Positions 59,952 to 64,000 of a stretch of 64,000 nucleotides of DNA are shown here, piece by piece. Position 1 is the stretch's first letter. Each line of letters opens with the position of its first letter. Under the pieces are notes generated by a model that had not been told where the DNA came from, searched no databases, and saw only the letters and a program-made list of their open reading frames with translations. The translations under genes were made by a program, and so were the position numbers. Source of the stretch: Candidatus Parcubacteria bacterium (lineage in GTDB: Bacteria > Patescibacteriota > Minisyncoccia > UBA6257 > HR35); assembly GCA_026004535.1 (NCBI GenBank), contig BPJI01000001.1, forward strand, positions 15,915 through 79,914, read 5' to 3'.

Positions 59952-61052
59952 ATGAAAAAAAGAGTTATTATTGGGATAATTATATTATTGATTGTGGCTT
60001 TAATAGTTATTTTAGGTTATTTTAGAAGTAAATCAGCAAAAGAAAAAGCAGAATCGCCTGGAGTTATTGAAGTAGAACAACCACCACAATCATTACCTCT
60101 GCCTATTAATCAAATAACATCCTCAATTCCATCAATACCTACCTTACCGACAGCAACAACAGAACCAACAAAAACTTATCAATTACTTTTCAATCAATCT
60201 TTTATTTATCTTGATTTAGATTATCCTCTGCTTTATGTTTACGATCCTCAACAAGAAATTATTAAATATCTAAGTTTAGAAGATGAAACCTATAGAGAAA
60301 TAGCAAAAATACCTAACCTAAAACAAGGTTGGCTATCTGAAGATAAAACAAAAATTGTTATTGAAACTAATAATGGCTTCTCTTTGATAGATATAAAAGC
60401 TGATAAACTAGATACTCTGCCAATATTCACTCAAAAAGTCGTTTTAAATAAAAATATTATTCTATATTTAAGTAATGATAAAGATATTTCTTATATAGCT
60501 TACTTTAATGATAAAACTGGGGATGTTAAAAAAATTAGAAACTTAGGTATTTTAAACCCTGATTTTGCTATTTTAAAAAACGGTATTTTGATCTATGAAC
60601 AAAATAGTCCGGTCTTATTCTTAGATTTCAAAAATCAAGCTGATCTTAGTCTATTTTTAGATATACAAACTGCAACCATTATACCTAATAAAAATAAAGA
60701 TTTGATTTTTATGAGTTTTAAAAAAAATGATATATGGCAAAGTCAAATTATCGATATAAATAAAAAACTGATTTACTCTTTTTCTTGGGCAGCCATTAAA
60801 GACAAATGTACTTTTGATGAAATTTTAGTTTGTGCCCTGACAAGCAATTTTAATGATTCAAGTCCTTCAGATTGGTATTCTAATAAAACGAGTGTTGACG
60901 ATAAAATAGTTATTTATTATCCTCAAAATAATAAACTCGAAGAAATTCAATTAGAAGGAAAATTTGATTTTGTTAGACCAAAATTAACTCCCTTAGGTAT
61001 TATTGCCTGGAATCGTCTAGATGCTAAGTTTTATTTATTGAAGATCGAGTGA
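59952..61052 (+). CDS. Membrane-anchored probable beta-propeller protein
   Basis: TM helix, Pro/Thr linker, beta-rich body, KCTF..LVCA motif. Confidence 0.65.
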   Translation: MKKRVIIGIIILLIVALIVILGYFRSKSAKEKAESPGVIEVEQPPQSLPLPINQITSSIPSIPTLPTATTEPTKTYQLLFNQSFIYLDLDYPLLYVYDPQQEIIKYLSLEDETYREIAKIPNLKQGWLSEDKTKIVIETNNGFSLIDIKADKLDTLPIFTQKVVLNKNIILYLSNDKDISYIAYFNDKTGDVKKIRNLGILNPDFAILKNGILIYEQNSPVLFLDFKNQADLSLFLDIQTATIIPNKNKDLIFMSFKKNDIWQSQIIDINKKLIYSFSWAAIKDKCTFDEILVCALTSNFNDSSPSDWYSNKTSVDDKIVIYYPQNNKLEEIQLEGKFDFVRPKLTPLGIIAWNRLDAKFYLLKIE

Positions 61053-61641
61053 ATTTGATAAAAAGAGGTCTTTCTAAAAAAGCTAAAATAATGTTAGTTA
61101 ACCAATAAAGACTAAAAAGTGCTGGGAGTTGAAATAAAACCAAGCTTATTAAACCAAAGAAAAATAAAGATATTTTTCTTTGTTCTTGAGGTAATTGGAA
61201 CAAACTTAAAGCTTGTAAAACAAGAATAGCCAGAACAAGAAAAATATTTCTTTGAGTTAAATCAATTAAACCCAAAAAAGAAAGATTGAGCCCAGATGTT
61301 TTTAGAAGAAGATCGAGGGCTAAAAAAATAATTATAAAAATTGGCAAAGATAAAAACTGAATAAAAATTGTAAAAAATGGATTATAGTTTTCTTGTTGAT
61401 AAATTTTTGTTAATTCCTCAGCTTGTTTTTGAAAATCATTTTTATATTTTTTTAAGACCTCATTGATTTTAGGTCTTAATCTTTTCATTTTTTCCCCTTC
61501 TAAAAAAACTAAATATTCAATTGGCAAAATAACAACTTTTAAAATCAAGGTGAAAACAATGATTGTTAAACCAAAATCCTGGATAAAATTATTTAACCAG
61601 AAAATAAAACCTAATAAACTTTGGCCCAAAAATTTAAACAT
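61024..61641 (-). CDS. yidC: Membrane protein insertase YidC (short form)
   Basis: DFGLTIIVFT, M..L.PKI...KKY, YNPF, LYW; follows rnpA. Confidence 0.9.
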   Translation of the reverse strand: MFKFLGQSLLGFIFWLNNFIQDFGLTIIVFTLILKVVILPIEYLVFLEGEKMKRLRPKINEVLKKYKNDFQKQAEELTKIYQQENYNPFFTIFIQFLSLPIFIIIFLALDLLLKTSGLNLSFLGLIDLTQRNIFLVLAILVLQALSLFQLPQEQRKISLFFFGLISLVLFQLPALFSLYWLTNIILAFLERPLFIKFTRSSINKT

Positions 61642-61957
61642 TAATCAAAATTCTTATTAAAGATTCTTTCAATTTTAAAAAATCGACATCTTTTCTAAGA
61701 ATAATAAAAAAATCATAGTTTTTAGTTTTTTTCTTTTTTAGAAACTCTCTAATTATAGCATAAACTCTTCGGCGCGCTTTATTTCTTTGAACTGCTTTTT
61801 TAAAAACTTCTTTTTGGGGTAAAATGGCAAAACGAGGATGATTGAGATTGTTTTTTTGAAAATAAACTAAAAAAATATCATTCGAAATTTTTTGGTAAGA
61901 GCGAGAAAAGAAATTTTTTATTTCTTCACCTTTCAGACGATATTTTTTTTTAAGCAT
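61634..61957 (-). CDS. rnpA: Ribonuclease P protein component
   Basis: MLKKKYRL, KKAVQRNKARRR. Confidence 0.93.
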   Translation of the reverse strand: MLKKKYRLKGEEIKNFFSRSYQKISNDIFLVYFQKNNLNHPRFAILPQKEVFKKAVQRNKARRRVYAIIREFLKKKKTKNYDFFIILRKDVDFLKLKESLIRILINV

Positions 61958-61960
61958 TAA

Positions 61961-62077
61961 TTAAACAGTTAATTTCTTTCTTCCCTTCCTTCTTCGTCTT
62001 TGCAAAATCTTTCTTCCTGCTTTTGTCCCTTTTCTGGCTAAAAATCCAGAAGTTCTTTTTTGTTTTAACTTTGTCAT
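61961..62077 (-). CDS. rpmH: 50S ribosomal protein L34, N-terminally shortened (38 aa)
   Basis: [38 protein letters not shown]; upstream of rnpA-yidC; absent from the ORF track. Confidence 0.92.
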   Translation of the reverse strand: MTKLKQKRTSGFLARKGTKAGRKILQRRRRKGRKKLTV

Positions 62078-62078
62078 T

Positions 62079-62152
62079 TGGCTGCGGGGCTTGGATTCGA
62101 ACCAAGACTAACGGCTCCAAAGGCCGCTGTGCTGCCATTACACCACCCCGCA
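62079..62152 (-). tRNA. tRNA-Gln(TTG) with encoded CCA
   Basis: Anticodon loop CTTTGGA; TGCGGGG/CCCCGCA acceptor stem. Confidence 0.95.
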
Positions 62153-62160
62153 AATACAAA

Positions 62161-62486
62161 ATATCTACCCGGATGATTACCGGATAATATATACCCGGAT
62201 AACTAACCGGATATATATTTACCCGGACTATTACCAGATTATTTTACCCGGATAAACACCGGATAAAAATATCTACCCGGATGATTACCGGAATAGATTA
62301 CCCGGATAGCCACCCGGATTGTTTTAACCGGATGAGTACCGGATAAAAAATATTTTATAAATCACCCGGTTTATATCTGGGTAGTATATCCGGTCTATAT
62401 CCGGGTAATATTATCCGGTTCACATCCGGGTATTTATATCCGGTCTAAATCCGGGTAGAAAATATTTTTCAGCTGCTGTCTGCGTT
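62161..62486. repeat. CCGGAT fold-back array, copy E
   Basis: Near-identical reverse complement of copy D. Confidence 0.97.
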
Positions 62487-62494
62487 ATATAATT

Positions 62495-63586
62495 TTATTT
62501 TACCTCAAAATACTCTAATAATGCAAGTTCTAATGGTAAAAGAAGTGACGGTGGCTCTCTTCTTAGATTCATTTCGGCTTCAAAAAAGAGTGAGCTTAAT
62601 TTTTTTAAATCATTAATTTTAAAATTCTCAGCTAATTTTTTCATTTTAGCTATTAACTCTTCAGATTTTTCTGTTTCTAAATGTTTAGCATAATTGGGTT
62701 GAAGTTTTAAGAAAATTAATTGCCGAATAGTTTTTAACAGTGATTTGATGAATAAATTGAGATCAAATCCCTGGGCATAAACATTAAAAATAAAATTCAG
62801 AGATTCTTCAATTTTCTTTTGGCTGATTAATTCTAAAAATTCTAAAATTTTAGTTGGACTTAAATGACCTAAAAATTCGGCCACTAATTCTTCCGAAAGC
62901 TCAAAATGAGGATTTAAACTTAAAACTATTTTTTCTAATAAAGTTTCAGCATCTCTTAATGATCCCCCAGCTTCTTCAGCAATTAAATATAAAGCTGGTT
63001 CTTGGTATTTAAATCCTTCTTTATCAGCAATTAATTTTAATTTAGTTACAATTTGAGGTAGACTAATCCGACGAAAATCTAATCTTTGAACTCGAGAATG
63101 AATTGTATTTAAAATCCGATCAGGTTCAGTTGTAGCTAAAATAAAAATAGCATGACTGGGTGGTTCCTCTAAAGTTTTAAGCAAAGCATTAGAAGCTTCT
63201 TCGGTTAATGAATGGGCTTCATCGATAATGAAAACTTTATATTTGCCCTGAATTGGTCTAAAACCAATATGTTCTTGAATATTTCTAATGTCTTCAATTT
63301 TTCGATGAGAAGCAGCATCTAATTCAATTAAATCCAGAAATTTATTTTCTTGAAATAATTGACAAATTCGACAATGACCACAAGGTTCAGATTCTTTTAA
63401 ATCTAAACAATTCAAAGCTTTGGCATAAATTCGAGCAACACTTGTTTTACCTGTACCCCTTTCGCCCGCAAATAAATAACCATGGGGTGGTCTTTCCCTT
63501 TTTAAAAAATTCTTTAAAATACGAACAACAACATCTTGACCAATAATTTCTTTGAAAAATTGAGGTCGATATTTGTGATAAAACAT
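62495..63586 (-). CDS. dnaX: DNA polymerase III gamma/tau subunit
   Basis: KYRP..F..IIGQ, GERGTGKT, DEAH, NALLKTLEEPP. Confidence 0.97.
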   Translation of the reverse strand: MFYHKYRPQFFKEIIGQDVVVRILKNFLKRERPPHGYLFAGERGTGKTSVARIYAKALNCLDLKESEPCGHCRICQLFQENKFLDLIELDAASHRKIEDIRNIQEHIGFRPIQGKYKVFIIDEAHSLTEEASNALLKTLEEPPSHAIFILATTEPDRILNTIHSRVQRLDFRRISLPQIVTKLKLIADKEGFKYQEPALYLIAEEAGGSLRDAETLLEKIVLSLNPHFELSEELVAEFLGHLSPTKILEFLELISQKKIEESLNFIFNVYAQGFDLNLFIKSLLKTIRQLIFLKLQPNYAKHLETEKSEELIAKMKKLAENFKINDLKKLSSLFFEAEMNLRREPPSLLLPLELALLEYFEVK

Positions 63587-63999
63587 TAAACTCCTTGTTT
63601 TTTTATTTTTTTAATTAATTCATTATCTTTTAATTTTTCTAGAGCCTTGATTTCAATTTGCCTAACTCTTTCTCGGGTAATACCAAAAATTTTACCAATG
63701 TCTTCTAAAGTATACATTGTTCCATCTTCTAAGCCATATCTCAAACTGATAACTTGTCTTTCCCTTGGGCTTAGGCTTTGAATTGCTTTTTTTAATTGTT
63801 CTCTCAAAATAGCTAAGGCGGCTGTTCTTTCTGGTGTCATTTCCGAAGTATCAGGTATTAATTCTTTTAGCAATGATTCGCCCTCGCCAATAGGTGTTTC
63901 CAAGGAAATTGTATCAGGTACATATTTTAAAAGTCTTTGAACTTTTTGCGGTGGCAAACCAACTTCAGCAGCCAATTCTTCAGGAGTTGGCTCGCGATC
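63586..63999 (-). CDS. rpoD: Primary sigma70 factor, regions 3-4 (5'-truncated by window edge)
   Basis: REPTPEELA, ISLETPIG, TLEDIG..FGITRERVRQIE.KAL. Confidence 0.92.
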   Translation of the reverse strand, partial: DREPTPEELAAEVGLPPQKVQRLLKYVPDTISLETPIGEGESLLKELIPDTSEMTPERTAALAILREQLKKAIQSLSPRERQVISLRYGLEDGTMYTLEDIGKIFGITRERVRQIEIKALEKLKDNELIKKIKKQGV

Positions 64000-64000
64000 T

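Noticed and set aside
62078-62084. tRNA 3' end CAGCCA encoding the missing QP of L34
   Set aside because: Out of frame with rpmH and only 6 nt long; probably coincidence
61950-62159. 69-aa ORF in the track
   Set aside because: It overlaps tRNA-Gln; the real gene is rpmH in another frame

Overview
AT-rich bacterial chromosome segment using genetic code 11. Gene content suggests Patescibacteria/CPR, probably Parcubacteria (inference). Housekeeping genes: comF, P-type ATPase, folD, glyQS, recO, ctpA, rplI, rplS, glyA, rpmA, rpoBC, rbfA, tyrS, rodA, metG, gyrA, rpsA, ftsH, yidC-rnpA-rpmH, dnaX, rpoD, plus 8 tRNAs. Accessory content: rtcB with two LAGLIDADG inteins, a MoxR-like AAA+/vWA/WD40 island, a broken pilin-LamG gene, a VirB2-like pilin array and a VirB4/VirB6/PrgI type IV secretion-like cluster. 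The most unusual content is non-coding. (1) A ~110-bp fixed-length element lies just 3' of tRNA-Ser(TGA), tRNA-Leu(TAG) and, decayed, tRNA-Val(TAC). It is bounded by one inverted and one direct copy of the host tRNA's own 3' end. (2) Insertions upstream of tRNA-Val(GAC) and tRNA-Arg(TCG) duplicate the tRNA 5' end. (3) Five arrays of phased CCGGAT units occur, four of them fold-back and two of them near-identical. (4) Related palindromic repeats are inserted in frame in the P-type ATPase, rtcB and probably glyA. All calls are from reading the sequence; no searches were run.
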